From an uncultured Flavobacteriales bacterium (GTDB taxonomy: Bacteria; Bacteroidota; Bacteroidia; Flavobacteriales_C; GCA-002722245): a stretch of DNA of 64,000 bases. The translations under genes were made by a program, and so were the position numbers. The DNA lies in NCBI GenBank assembly GCA_905182585.1, contig CAJJCC010000018.1, positions 34,857 to 98,856 of the forward strand, written 5' to 3'. This document shows positions 10,234-20,613 of the stretch, piece after piece (position 1 is the stretch's first letter; every line of letters starts with the position of its first letter). Below the pieces are notes generated by a model. It saw only the letters and a program-made list of their open reading frames with translations. It made no database searches and was not told the origin of the DNA.

Positions 10234-11205
10234 TTGGCTTCTTCTACTACTCAAGAAATAATTACTCTTGTTCAAAAGGAAATAAAAGGCACAAAATATC
10301 TTGGTTCTCCAGCTGAGTTGTATGATCCTATGAATTATATTCTCCAATTAGGAGGGAAAAGGTTAAGACCTGTGACTACTCTTTTGGCGGCTAATTTATT
10401 CATTGAAGATGTATCTGTAGCATTACCTGCGGCAAAAGCCATAGAAGTATTTCATAATTTCACTTTGGTTCATGATGATATTATGGACAAGGCCCCTTTG
10501 AGACGTGGACAACCTACTGTTCACGAAAAATGGGATGACAATATTGCAATCCTCTCAGGGGATACCTTACTGATAGAAGCATATAATCACTTTTTAGAAG
10601 GTAATTACGCTAATTTATCTGCGTTACTTACTGTGTTTAATCAAACCGCAATTGAAGTTTGTGAAGGTCAGCAGCTGGATATGAACTTTGAGAGTAGAGA
10701 TGATGTTACTATTGATGAGTATATCAATATGATAAAGCTTAAAACTTCTGTTTTAGTTGGCGGTGCCTTAAAATTAGGAGCTTTAGTTGGAAAAGCACCT
10801 GCTGCCGAAGCTGATTTAATTTATAATTTCGGTGTAAATCTTGGTATTGCGTTTCAATTACAAGATGATTATTTAGATTGTTTTGGTGATCCCGAGAAAT
10901 TCGGAAAACAAGTTGGCGGTGATATCATTTCTAATAAGAAGACTTTTTTAATGCTCAAGGCTTTAGAGCTCGATTCTTCTAAACTTCTTCAAGGTTGGGT
11001 TGATAAAAGAGATTTTGACGTTAGCGCTAAAGTTGAGGCGGTAAAAACAATTTATAAGGATTTAAAAGTGGACCAATTAGCTTTTGATCTAATGGACGCT
11101 TATTATCAAAAATCGATTCAGTTTTTAAATAAGATAAATGCCCCAGAGGATAAGAAAAAGGTTTTGGAGGACTTCGCTAGTCATCTAATGAAAAGAGCTT
11201 CTTAA
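10234..11205 (+). CDS. Polyprenyl (geranylgeranyl/farnesyl) diphosphate synthase
   Basis: Both aspartate-rich motifs present (LVHDDIMD and LQDDYLD); TTG start predicted. Confidence 0.85.
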   Translation: MASSTTQEIITLVQKEIKGTKYLGSPAELYDPMNYILQLGGKRLRPVTTLLAANLFIEDVSVALPAAKAIEVFHNFTLVHDDIMDKAPLRRGQPTVHEKWDDNIAILSGDTLLIEAYNHFLEGNYANLSALLTVFNQTAIEVCEGQQLDMNFESRDDVTIDEYINMIKLKTSVLVGGALKLGALVGKAPAAEADLIYNFGVNLGIAFQLQDDYLDCFGDPEKFGKQVGGDIISNKKTFLMLKALELDSSKLLQGWVDKRDFDVSAKVEAVKTIYKDLKVDQLAFDLMDAYYQKSIQFLNKINAPEDKKKVLEDFASHLMKRAS

Positions 11206-11558
11206 TGAAGCTTATTGACGTTAAAAGTCCATCTGAATACTTAACTCAGGATAGATACTTCCAAAAACTTAAAGCTCAACTTTCGAAAGATTTCAGTGAT
11301 TCCGATTTTGATAATGAATTAGCACCTGTAAAAATTGATACACCTAATGATTTACCAGTCTTAGTAAATCAATTTTTAAATCAATTATTTATTAAAAGCA
11401 CAGAACAATTTTTTCAATTAATGTATAAGGTTGATATTCCTGATACAGATATTAAAAATCAAATAATTACATCCGGAATAGATATGGATGCATTAACTGA
11501 ATTGGTACTTAAAAGAGAACTTCTTAAAATTCTTCTTCGTGAAAAATATAGTAGTTGA
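11205..11558 (+). CDS. Hypothetical protein (117 aa), start overlaps the polyprenyl synthase stop
   Basis: ORF only; no recognisable motif. Confidence 0.35.
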   Translation: MKLIDVKSPSEYLTQDRYFQKLKAQLSKDFSDSDFDNELAPVKIDTPNDLPVLVNQFLNQLFIKSTEQFFQLMYKVDIPDTDIKNQIITSGIDMDALTELVLKRELLKILLREKYSS

Positions 11559-11559
11559 C

Positions 11560-12801
11560 TTACTTTGGAAAAGTAATCGTTTCTAATTGTGCAATTACTT
11601 CTTTTTTTATTTTTTTATAGGTAACTAAATTGGCTTTTTTAATTGGTTCAGCCTTTGGTAGTTTTTGTCTGTAAGGGTCAACTTGTTTTCCATTTTTCCA
11701 AAATCTATAACAAACATGAGGACCAGTTGCTAGTCCAGTTGATCCAACAAATCCTATTACATCACCTTGATTAACTCTAACTCCAGGACGAATTCCTTTT
11801 TTGATTTTACTCATGTGTAAATATTGGGTTGTATAAGTGCCGTTATGACGAACTTTCACATAATTTCCGTTGTATTTACTGTATTTAGCATGTGTAATTT
11901 TACCATTAGCCGTTGAATAAATAGGCGTTCCTTTAGGGGCTGCGTAATCAGTACCTAAATGCGGTTTGTTTCTTTTTTGAACTGGGTGATATCGCTTCAT
12001 TGTGAATCGTGAAGAAATTCTACTGAATTTCACAGGTGCCTTTAAAAATTGACGTCTTAATCCACGGTTTTCTTGGTCGTAATAACCTGAATGATTATCC
12101 TGACTAAATTGAATAGCGTAATATGGCTTTTTGAAATGCTCAAAATAAGCAGCCTTAATTCTTTTAATGCCAATGCTTTCTCCATCTACCATTGTTTCTT
12201 CATAAATCACTTTAAATCGATCTCCCTTTTGAATATGATAAAAATCGATACTCCAAGCGTAAACTTCAGATAAGGTAATCGCTAACGCAGGGTTATAACC
12301 TTGTTTGTCAAGGGATAAAGACAAAGAACTATTAATCACACCAGATGCTTGTCTTTCTACAACCTTAATAGGTTTTTTCGCTGTGTATATTTTAAGAGAA
12401 TCCCGAAGATCGTATACTATGTAATCAACTCTATTAATTTCATAAACAACTATTTGAGCTTTTTCAGAAGAGTCATTTTTTTCAAATACAGAATAATGTC
12501 TTCCTGCTCTAAGCCGTCTTACATCAAACAATTTCTTGCCTTGAGTGGCCATTTTATTCATCATAGCGTAACTAATCCCGTGACTAGTTATTAAGTCGCT
12601 AAAAAATTGATTTTTCTTTACTTTATCTCCAACTACTTTGAAAGAATCAACTGGAAAACCATAAAGTAATTGAGGTGTTTTAAGAATCGTGTCTACTTGA
12701 TCTGGATTATCTACAATTTCACCTTTTGGCTCTGTATTGTCGCAATTTGTTAATCCAAATGCAATAATAATTATTAAGATAAATTTGCCGATAATTTTCA
12801 T
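11560..12801 (-). CDS. M23 family peptidoglycan metalloendopeptidase (lipoprotein)
   Basis: HLGTDYAAPKGTPIYSTANGKI and GSTGLATGPHVCY motifs of the LytM/M23 domain; N-terminal lipoprotein signal (LTNC). Confidence 0.8.
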   Translation of the reverse strand: MKIIGKFILIIIIAFGLTNCDNTEPKGEIVDNPDQVDTILKTPQLLYGFPVDSFKVVGDKVKKNQFFSDLITSHGISYAMMNKMATQGKKLFDVRRLRAGRHYSVFEKNDSSEKAQIVVYEINRVDYIVYDLRDSLKIYTAKKPIKVVERQASGVINSSLSLSLDKQGYNPALAITLSEVYAWSIDFYHIQKGDRFKVIYEETMVDGESIGIKRIKAAYFEHFKKPYYAIQFSQDNHSGYYDQENRGLRRQFLKAPVKFSRISSRFTMKRYHPVQKRNKPHLGTDYAAPKGTPIYSTANGKITHAKYSKYNGNYVKVRHNGTYTTQYLHMSKIKKGIRPGVRVNQGDVIGFVGSTGLATGPHVCYRFWKNGKQVDPYRQKLPKAEPIKKANLVTYKKIKKEVIAQLETITFPK

Positions 12802-12879
12802 AAAAAAGCTTTTAACAAAGCTAACGGAAGAATTGATATAGTCTTAAAAAACTATGAAATAGAATTTAACTATCGAAAG

Positions 12880-14907
12880 TTAAATGTTTCTGCCAAGTAT
12901 TTTAGAAAGCGTCATCTTAGCCTGGTTTAAAAGGCTTAAATGCATTAAAAGATCGTTTATTTCTTCAGGGAATTCATTCGACTCTAGCTTGGCATTTATT
13001 TCACTAACCTGCTGTTTTACTTTTCCAAGCTTTAATCGATGCAGTGCAACAACAATAGCAAGCTTTATTTTTTCTTCTTCCGTTGTAACGTAAATAGAAT
13101 GCTTTTTCCAGTCGTTTAACACGTATTTGTCTTCAGTTATTTCAATCACTTCTTTCACCAAGTCAGCTTCGGAACTTTGTAAAAAGAATTTTTCAGTTGG
13201 AATTTCACCTTCTGAAAACTTATTACTAAAAGCATCCCAAATGGATTGATGGTGAGGATTGTCAAAAGAAAGGTCATCTTCTCTGATGTCCTGAATAATC
13301 ATTTGAGCGACTGTTATTTGATAAGACGGCTGGCAGTCTTCAATACCTTGTTCTTTTTCCTCTTCGTAGTTTTCGTTCTGTAAAACAATTTCATGATGAC
13401 CGTATTTTAAAATCAATCGTAGCAAATATGCTTCTTGATGATTATTAGGGTATTGCGGTGCTTTTTCAATTGGCTTGATTGGAAATCCAGATGAAGAAGT
13501 AGGAGTATGTACGCCATACTCTGGAGGTATAAAATCCGGAGGAGGCACCATGTAATCCGGTTCTGGGGGAGTAGATTCTGGTTTATGTTTTTGTTCTTTA
13601 TCAAAATTGTTTCTTCGAATTTTATTTAATTCGTTTACAAGCGTTTGTTCTTCAATTTTTAAAAGCGTTGCAGCTTCTTGCGTATAAACCGAACGAATAA
13701 TCGTATCTGGAATAAGGGCGATTGATTGAACAATTTCTTTAATTAAGCCAGCTCTTTTTATAGGATCGTTTCCAGCATCATCTAAAAGAATAGATATTTT
13801 GAAATTAATAAAGTCTTTCTTGTTTTCTTCAATATATTCCTCTAGTTCAGCACTTGTATTAGCTCTTGCAAAACTGTCAGGATCTTCGCCATCAGGGAAA
13901 GTAACAACCTTAACATTCATGCCTTCTTTAAGAATTAAGTCAATCCCTCTAAAGGACGCTTTAATTCCTGCTGCATCACCATCATATAAAACGGTAATGT
14001 TGGGTGTGAATCTTTTTACTAATTTAATTTGTCCAGGAGTAAGCGACGTTCCGCTTGAGGCCACAACATTCTCAATACCTTTTTGATGGAAAGAAATAAC
14101 ATCGGTATATCCTTCAACAAGAAAACAATCGTCTTGCTGAATCATGGATCTTTTGGCTAGGTATAATCCATATAAAACATCACTCTTATGGTATATTTCT
14201 GTTTCTGGGGAGTTTAAATATTTTGCAGATTTCTTATTGGTTTGTAAAATTCTTGCCCCAAACCCAATTGCCCTTCCTGACATGTTGTGTATAGGAAACA
14301 TTACTCTTCCTGAGAATCGATCGTAAACACGGTTGTTTTTTTCTGCGATTAACCCTGATCCAATTAAATGTTCTTTTTTGTATCCCTTATCGGTGGCTAT
14401 TTTTGTGAAATGATTTCTTTCTTCAAAGGAGTAACCTAATCCGAATTTCTCCATCATTTCATCTGAAATACCTCTTGCTTTAAAATAACTTAATCCTACC
14501 GATTTCCCTTCATCGGTTTCATGTAGATTCCGAATAAATTGTTCCTTTGCATATTGGGAAACAAGGTAATAGGATTCTTTTTTATCTATTTTTTCTTTTT
14601 CCTCAGAACTGAGTTCTTTTTCCTGAATTTCAATATTATACTTTTTAGCTAAATATTTTAAAGCATCAGGATAAGACATTTGTTCATGATCCATTATGAA
14701 ATTCACCGAATTTCCTGAAACACCACAACCAAAGCATTTGTAAATTCCTTTCGCAGGAGAAACCGTGAAAGAAGGCGTTTTTTCGTTATGAAAAGGGCAA
14801 TTACCTAAAAGGTTTACACCTCTTTTTTTAAGAGCAACAAAGTCTCCAATAACCTCATCAACCCTTGCCTCTTCAATAATCTTATCTACAGTTTCCTTCG
14901 GAATCAT
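12880..14907 (-). CDS. dnaG: DNA primase
   Basis: Zinc-ribbon CPFHNEKTPSF...CFGCG, TOPRIM region, 675 aa. Confidence 0.9.
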   Translation of the reverse strand: MIPKETVDKIIEEARVDEVIGDFVALKKRGVNLLGNCPFHNEKTPSFTVSPAKGIYKCFGCGVSGNSVNFIMDHEQMSYPDALKYLAKKYNIEIQEKELSSEEKEKIDKKESYYLVSQYAKEQFIRNLHETDEGKSVGLSYFKARGISDEMMEKFGLGYSFEERNHFTKIATDKGYKKEHLIGSGLIAEKNNRVYDRFSGRVMFPIHNMSGRAIGFGARILQTNKKSAKYLNSPETEIYHKSDVLYGLYLAKRSMIQQDDCFLVEGYTDVISFHQKGIENVVASSGTSLTPGQIKLVKRFTPNITVLYDGDAAGIKASFRGIDLILKEGMNVKVVTFPDGEDPDSFARANTSAELEEYIEENKKDFINFKISILLDDAGNDPIKRAGLIKEIVQSIALIPDTIIRSVYTQEAATLLKIEEQTLVNELNKIRRNNFDKEQKHKPESTPPEPDYMVPPPDFIPPEYGVHTPTSSSGFPIKPIEKAPQYPNNHQEAYLLRLILKYGHHEIVLQNENYEEEKEQGIEDCQPSYQITVAQMIIQDIREDDLSFDNPHHQSIWDAFSNKFSEGEIPTEKFFLQSSEADLVKEVIEITEDKYVLNDWKKHSIYVTTEEEKIKLAIVVALHRLKLGKVKQQVSEINAKLESNEFPEEINDLLMHLSLLNQAKMTLSKILGRNI

Positions 14908-15165
14908 AATTCAAAGTTAACTCCTTCATTTTGTTTTTGAAACTAAACAGAGGATAATTGCTGTAAAATAAGCGCTATAATTTGATTAGGAATGGCCATT
15001 ATGTTTTTCTTTAGCGGGAAACAAAGCGCAATCCTTAAACTTGTACTGAGTTTATTAGAATAGAGGAGTCATACTAAGTTTTCAAAAACTTTATTATAAT
15101 CAAGATAGCTGATGGGCTTCTTATTCGCTTTTCGCTTGCATTAACTAAGGTTGGGCGCTAAACTT

Positions 15166-15209
15166 AAAAGAGGGACAAGTTAGCATTAGAGAACTTGTCC
15201 CGTTTTTTC
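15166..15209. terminator. Hairpin terminator between gldC and dnaG (gggacaagtt...aacttgtccc)
   Basis: 10-bp perfect stem flanked by A-run / T-run. Confidence 0.55.
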
Positions 15210-15221
15210 AAGTATTATAAT

Positions 15222-15557
15222 TTATTTCGTGAGAATTTTCATTTCTTTTCCGATTTCCATTCCAAAATCACGCATTTTTTTAGCAATAGCATTTTCACCA
15301 GTTGATCGTTCTAATGTGTCTGCCAGTGTCATTAATGTTTGAAAATGATAATATTTCATTTCATCAACCATCATGTCTTTTGTCCAAAGATCAACACGTT
15401 TAGCAATTCTTGTCTTTGGTTCCCAAACAGAAATCATCATCGCTTTAATCTCTTCGTTTTCAACACCACCACCTTCAGATGCTGTCCATTCAATTTTTTC
15501 AGGAATATGGTTTTCATCTAAACTAACCGTGAATTTAATTTCTTTCTTTTCGCTCAT
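15222..15557 (-). CDS. gldC: Gliding motility-associated protein GldC
   Basis: 111 aa, MSEKKEIKFTVSLDEN...VDLWTKDMMVDEM pattern characteristic of Flavobacterium GldC; immediately downstream of a gldB-like lipoprotein gene, as in F. johnsoniae. Confidence 0.72.
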   Translation of the reverse strand: MSEKKEIKFTVSLDENHIPEKIEWTASEGGGVENEEIKAMMISVWEPKTRIAKRVDLWTKDMMVDEMKYYHFQTLMTLADTLERSTGENAIAKKMRDFGMEIGKEMKILTK

Positions 15558-15560
15558 ATC

Positions 15561-16544
15561 TTAAGGGTTATATTTTGAAGCTTTAAAAATAGCCGTAAAA
15601 TCAGTATTTGTCATTAATTCGTTTAAACTAACCTCAGGATTTTCATCCATAAAGTCTTTTACAATACGATATCCTATATAAATTCCAATTCGTGCAGGTG
15701 ATTCGCGTTCCATAGAAGAAGCAAAAGGTCCTGGTTGTAAAAATCGCTTGTAATTATGGTAGTCGTTTGAGAAAAGAAGTCCTTTAATTGTTAGGTGCTT
15801 CCAAAATGCTTTTTCATGTCCGTAACACCAATTCATTTGTGAAGTTGTGAACTGAAATCGAATAGAGTCGTGCAATTGAGGAGTAACCGCTTCTATAAAA
15901 TATTCAACCTTTCCAAGAGAAATCATATTCTCCAACATCGTTTTTCTAGAGAAAAAAAGGGCGAATTTTTGAGTTATAAATTCCCTAAATACAATAGGAG
16001 TAATGTACTTTTTATCGTAGCTCTTAGAAAGGTATTGTGGGATTTTTAATTGTTGGTATGCTTTATAGTTTTTGCCGTAAAACATATCAATTCCAATAAT
16101 AATGTTGTTATTATCAATAATGATTGGTTCCTCATAATTAAGACCAGAAATATAAGTGTAAATAGTAGGCGTTGAATCGTTTGGGTAATAGTATTTAAAA
16201 TGGCTGAAAGCTTTGCTTAATTCAGTCTCTATTGCATCATAAGTTCCTATTTTAGTTTGCCAATCCTTAAACAGTTTAGTGTTTAATTCATTGTTTAAAT
16301 AAGTATTTAACTCTTGAAGTTTGGCGGGGTCTTTGTAATCATCGCTTATAAAAGCAGGGTGTTTTAAGGCTAGTTCATCGAGTGAACGTTCAATATTATT
16401 CCTGTTAATTGTAAATAAATCTTGTTCGTAATGTTTAAAATTAAGGTGCACATTTATGCCCGAAGTGTCAATGTTTAGTCTCTCATCTGAGCACGAAAAC
16501 AACAAACTAACGGTAAATAAAAACAAAATAACTACGTTCTTCAT
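15561..16544 (-). CDS. gldB: Gliding motility lipoprotein GldB
   Basis: About 327 aa lipoprotein (signal LLFSC) directly upstream of gldC; start moved to the internal ATG preceding the lipobox; nadE nearby as in the F. johnsoniae gldB locus. Confidence 0.7.
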   Translation of the reverse strand: MKNVVILFLFTVSLLFSCSDERLNIDTSGINVHLNFKHYEQDLFTINRNNIERSLDELALKHPAFISDDYKDPAKLQELNTYLNNELNTKLFKDWQTKIGTYDAIETELSKAFSHFKYYYPNDSTPTIYTYISGLNYEEPIIIDNNNIIIGIDMFYGKNYKAYQQLKIPQYLSKSYDKKYITPIVFREFITQKFALFFSRKTMLENMISLGKVEYFIEAVTPQLHDSIRFQFTTSQMNWCYGHEKAFWKHLTIKGLLFSNDYHNYKRFLQPGPFASSMERESPARIGIYIGYRIVKDFMDENPEVSLNELMTNTDFTAIFKASKYNP

Positions 16545-16654
16545 ATAACTATCGAATGCTTTATTTAATTTTACAAAGTTAACGTTCAATTAAGTAATTA
16601 ACTTGAAAGAGTTTAATTTTATTTGAATAGTGACTTTTTAATAAACTGATTATT

Positions 16655-17434
16655 ATGACAAAAATTATTACAACCCTATTAGTATTAGCTATTTCAACAG
16701 TTTCATTTGCTCAAGACGCAACAACCGGAGCAGATTATAGAAAGCACCGTTTTGGTTTACAAGCAGCTCCTGGCGTTTCTTATTTTACAATGGGAAAGGA
16801 CGGTTCAACAAATAAGTCGCTTGGATATCATATCTCCGGAGGTTTAAATTATGAATACGCTTTTGCGAAAAATTTTGCAATTTCAACGGGAATAATGTTT
16901 TCACAAACTACTGCAGGAGTTGAATACTCTGATTCTGTTGGTTTAGATTGGTCTACTTCTGTTGATGGAGTTGACGTTCCGGATTCTGCTTTTAAATTAC
17001 TTTCAAGAAGATATTTATTCAATTCGATTGATATTCCATTGAAATTAAAGTTAACAACTCCTGAAATTGGTTATTTAACTTACTACGGTGAATTTGGAAC
17101 AACAATTAACATTATTACAGGAGCTTTTGCAAAAAAGAATGATGTTTTCAAAAAAGAAGGAGATCAAACAATAACATCGTTATCAGGTGATACAAAAAAG
17201 TTAGATGCGAATAAAGAATCTAATTTTTTAAGAGCAGCAATTAACGTCGGAGTTGGAGTTGAATATAACTTGGCAGGTAATACATCAGTATTAATGGGGT
17301 TAAATGGGAATTTCCCACTAAGTAATATTCTAAGTAATAGATCGAAATCAATCAGTTACATCTCTACTGGTAAAGAGTTTCAAAGAGCTACTAAACTGAA
17401 TTATATTACGGCAACTATTGGAATTCAGTTTTAA
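16655..17434 (+). CDS. Outer-membrane beta-barrel protein (OmpA-like beta-barrel / porin-type)
   Basis: Signal peptide, alternating hydrophobic beta-strand pattern, C-terminal Phe. Confidence 0.55.
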   Translation: MTKIITTLLVLAISTVSFAQDATTGADYRKHRFGLQAAPGVSYFTMGKDGSTNKSLGYHISGGLNYEYAFAKNFAISTGIMFSQTTAGVEYSDSVGLDWSTSVDGVDVPDSAFKLLSRRYLFNSIDIPLKLKLTTPEIGYLTYYGEFGTTINIITGAFAKKNDVFKKEGDQTITSLSGDTKKLDANKESNFLRAAINVGVGVEYNLAGNTSVLMGLNGNFPLSNILSNRSKSISYISTGKEFQRATKLNYITATIGIQF

Positions 17435-17451
17435 AACAAAATATTTTAATT

Positions 17452-17486
17452 AAAAAAGGTGCTACCAATGGTAGCACCTTTTTTGT
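17452..17486 (+). terminator. Rho-independent terminator after the OMP gene
   Basis: aaaaaggtgctacc-N-ggtagcaccttttt hairpin + T-run. Confidence 0.55.
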
Positions 17487-17510
17487 TTCTAAATACTTAA
17501 TTTTACAGTT

Positions 17511-19148
17511 ATGAAAATTGCAGTAGCTCAACTTAACTTCCATGTTGGAAACTTCGAATCCAACACTCAAAAAATAATCAATAAAATTCAAGATGCTAAA
17601 AATCAGTGTGTCGATTTAGTTGTGTTTTCAGAGTTGGCGGTATGCGGTTACCCTCCAAGGGATTTTTTGGAATTTAACGACTTTATCAATTCTTGTTTGG
17701 ATTCGATAGATGAAATAGCTTCTTACACTCGGGGAATTACTGTAATTGTTGGCGCTCCAAGTAGGAACGAAACAGGGCATGGTAAACCGTTATTTAATTC
17801 AGCTTTTATTTTAAGCGAAGGTAAAGTGCAAAAACACATTCATAAAACCCTTTTACCAACCTATGACATTTTTGATGAGTATCGTTATTTCGAGCCAAAC
17901 AGAGAATTTGAGGTAGTTGAAATCAAAGGCGTTCAAGTAGGCGTTGCGATTTGTGAAGATTTATGGAATGTCGGAAATAATCCTTTATATACTCAAACTC
18001 CAGCCATAGCGTTAAAAGAGAAAGGAGCGAAGTTGATTGTAAATATAGCCGCATCACCATTTTCATATCAGCAAGATGCTGAACGAAAAGAGGTTTTAAA
18101 AGAGAACGCTGAAAAAACCGGATTGCCAATCGTTTATTGTAATCATGTTGGTGCTCAAACGGAATTGATATTTGATGGAGGATCGTTTTTTATGAATAAA
18201 AACGGTGAAGTTGCTTCTCAAGAGTCATTTTTTGAAGAGTCATTAATTATTAATGATGTAGATATTTCATCTGGAGAATTTAAAGCAGGTTCGATACAAT
18301 CAGGAAGTAAAATCCAATTAATCCATGATGCATTGGTATTAGGAATTAAGGATTATTTTAAAAAGTTAGGATTCAAAAAGGCAATTGTAGGATTGAGTGG
18401 TGGAATTGATTCCGCAGTTACTTTTGCTTTAGCAGCACGAGCTTTAGGATCGGATAATGTGTATGGTATTTTAATGCCTTCTCAATACTCTTCCGATCAT
18501 TCGGTTGAGGATGCAAAAGCCTTAGCTGAAAATATCGGAGCTCCTTATGATATAATTGCGATAAAGGATATCTATGATGCTTACGACGAAAAGCTGAAGC
18601 CAATTTTTAAAGGTTTGCCTTTTGGATTGGCAGAAGAAAATCTTCAAGCAAGAATTCGTGGCGTTTTAGTAATGGCTGCTTCAAATAAGTTTGGACACAT
18701 TGTATTAAATACTTCTAATAAAAGTGAAGCTGCTGTTGGTTACGGGACGCTTTACGGTGATATGTGTGGAGGACTTGCCGTTTTAGGTGATGTTTATAAA
18801 ACGGACGTTTTTGAATTAGCTAGATATATTAATAAGGATGAAGAAGTGATTCCTGAAAACACGATTGTAAAACCACCTTCGGCAGAGCTTCGTCCGGATC
18901 AAAAAGACAGTGACTCTTTACCCGATTATGACGTTTTAGATGCTGTGCTTTTTGAGTACATCGAAAACAGAAAAGGTCCAAGAGAATTAGTTGCATTAGG
19001 TTATGACGAAGCATTGGTAACCAGAATTTTAAAAATGGTTAACATTAACGAATATAAAAGATATCAAACACCTCCAATTTTAAGAGTTAGTCATAAAGCT
19101 TTTGGAATGGGAAGACGTATGCCTATTGTTGCTAAGTATTTACTTTAA
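17511..19148 (+). CDS. nadE: Glutamine-dependent NAD+ synthetase (CN-hydrolase + NAD synthetase domains)
   Basis: 545 aa; N-terminal nitrilase-like domain (catalytic Cys in VAICEDLW), C-terminal PP-loop SGGIDS. Confidence 0.9.
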   Translation: MKIAVAQLNFHVGNFESNTQKIINKIQDAKNQCVDLVVFSELAVCGYPPRDFLEFNDFINSCLDSIDEIASYTRGITVIVGAPSRNETGHGKPLFNSAFILSEGKVQKHIHKTLLPTYDIFDEYRYFEPNREFEVVEIKGVQVGVAICEDLWNVGNNPLYTQTPAIALKEKGAKLIVNIAASPFSYQQDAERKEVLKENAEKTGLPIVYCNHVGAQTELIFDGGSFFMNKNGEVASQESFFEESLIINDVDISSGEFKAGSIQSGSKIQLIHDALVLGIKDYFKKLGFKKAIVGLSGGIDSAVTFALAARALGSDNVYGILMPSQYSSDHSVEDAKALAENIGAPYDIIAIKDIYDAYDEKLKPIFKGLPFGLAEENLQARIRGVLVMAASNKFGHIVLNTSNKSEAAVGYGTLYGDMCGGLAVLGDVYKTDVFELARYINKDEEVIPENTIVKPPSAELRPDQKDSDSLPDYDVLDAVLFEYIENRKGPRELVALGYDEALVTRILKMVNINEYKRYQTPPILRVSHKAFGMGRRMPIVAKYLL

Positions 19149-20143
19149 TGTTAGGTAAAGCACTTCCAATATTAACATTAGGTTTTATTCATGTACTATT
19201 TTTAAGTGTAATTGTACTGCCTCATTTTGGTTGGTGGACATTACTTGGAATAGTTCCATTTTTCGCATATTCAAAATTTGAGCATACAAGAGTAGATTGG
19301 AATATAGAATTATTATTCAGAACGGTTATCGCCTTTACATTAGGGATTTATATAACCATACTCATTCGATCAACACTCGACGTGTCAAGCGTTTTTGCAT
19401 CTGCTTTTTTAGGGACTATTGTTGGACTTATTCCTGAGAAAGGTTCAAGAATAGCCCAATTAATTAAGCATGAAAAATTAACACTTTATGCAGGTTCATT
19501 CGCAGGTATGGCATCGTTAAATAAGTTCTCTTTTCCCAATGAAATTTGGTTATGTGGAATTATCGGAGGACTTTTATTTTATATTTTAAAGAATAATTTC
19601 AAGGGGTTAGGAGGAAAGTTAGGATCTGTTGGTTTTGGATCACTTGCTGTATTTTCGCTCACCTTTTTGTTTTTAAATGAATTACCTACTTTGGGCGTTA
19701 TTAGCTTTACCAATTGCTTTGCTTTAAGTCCACTTGGAGGACTTTCTTTTGCAGCAAAATTAACGATAGTTACAATTGTTTCAATTATAGCTTCTGCACT
19801 TGTTTATTGGCTAAATAATTATAAGAATTGGGGTGGGTTAAAAGCTTCAGCAATAACCTCATTAATATTTTGCCTCCCTTTTGAAGTAATTAATTTTGGA
19901 GGATTAGCAGAGTTAGTCCCTGCAGTTTTTTTCGGGGCTAGTTTTGTAGGTATGGCAAGCTCCAAAGCGTTAAATTGGGCAACACTTATTTTGAGCGGAG
20001 TTCTTTTTGGAATTATCTATTTTATGTTAAATGATGTTCTTGACGCTTTTGGCGGAGCACTTGGGACAATAGCCTGTTTTAGTTGCCTAATAGGAATAGT
20101 CTTAATGGGAATATTTGGTAAGTTTAAGCGTAAGATTATTTAA
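19148..20143 (+). CDS. Polytopic membrane protein with internal two-fold repeat, translationally coupled to nadE (TAATG overlap)
   Basis: 331 aa, about 8-10 predicted TM helices; repeated segments YAGSFAGMAS.../FFGASFVGMAS... indicate internal duplication. Confidence 0.5.
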   Translation: MLGKALPILTLGFIHVLFLSVIVLPHFGWWTLLGIVPFFAYSKFEHTRVDWNIELLFRTVIAFTLGIYITILIRSTLDVSSVFASAFLGTIVGLIPEKGSRIAQLIKHEKLTLYAGSFAGMASLNKFSFPNEIWLCGIIGGLLFYILKNNFKGLGGKLGSVGFGSLAVFSLTFLFLNELPTLGVISFTNCFALSPLGGLSFAAKLTIVTIVSIIASALVYWLNNYKNWGGLKASAITSLIFCLPFEVINFGGLAELVPAVFFGASFVGMASSKALNWATLILSGVLFGIIYFMLNDVLDAFGGALGTIACFSCLIGIVLMGIFGKFKRKII

Positions 20144-20549
20144 AACTTTCTAACGCTAATCGGTAAGAATCTAATCCGAACCCTAGAATTACACCTTTAC
20201 AAACAGGAGAAATATAAGAATGATGACGGAACTCTTCTCTTTGATGCGTGTTGGAAATATGAACCTCAATAACAGGCGTTTCAATTCCTGAAATAGCATC
20301 TCTTAAGGCAACAGAAGTATGAGTGTAAGCTCCTGCATTGATAACAATACCGTCATAACTAAAACCAACCTCATGAATTTTATCAATTAATTCACCCTCA
20401 ATGTTACTTTGGTAATAAGAAAGGTCCATTGTAGGAAACTTCGCTTTTACTTCTTGAAAGTATTCTTCAAACGTTGTTGAACCATAAACTTCAGGCTCAC
20501 GCTTTCCAAGTAAATTTAAGTTAGGACCGTTGATGATTAAAACTTTCAT
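20136..20549 (-). CDS. aroQ: 3-dehydroquinate dehydratase, type II
   Basis: MKVLIINGPNLNLLGKREPEVYG canonical type II DHQase N-terminus; 137 aa. Confidence 0.9.
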   Translation of the reverse strand: MKVLIINGPNLNLLGKREPEVYGSTTFEEYFQEVKAKFPTMDLSYYQSNIEGELIDKIHEVGFSYDGIVINAGAYTHTSVALRDAISGIETPVIEVHISNTHQREEFRHHSYISPVCKGVILGFGLDSYRLALESFK

Positions 20550-20613
20550 AATGCGTTGCGTTTGTACAAAAATACTTTTTTAAGTCTAATTTCCTAATGA
20601 CATTGTGTAAGTA

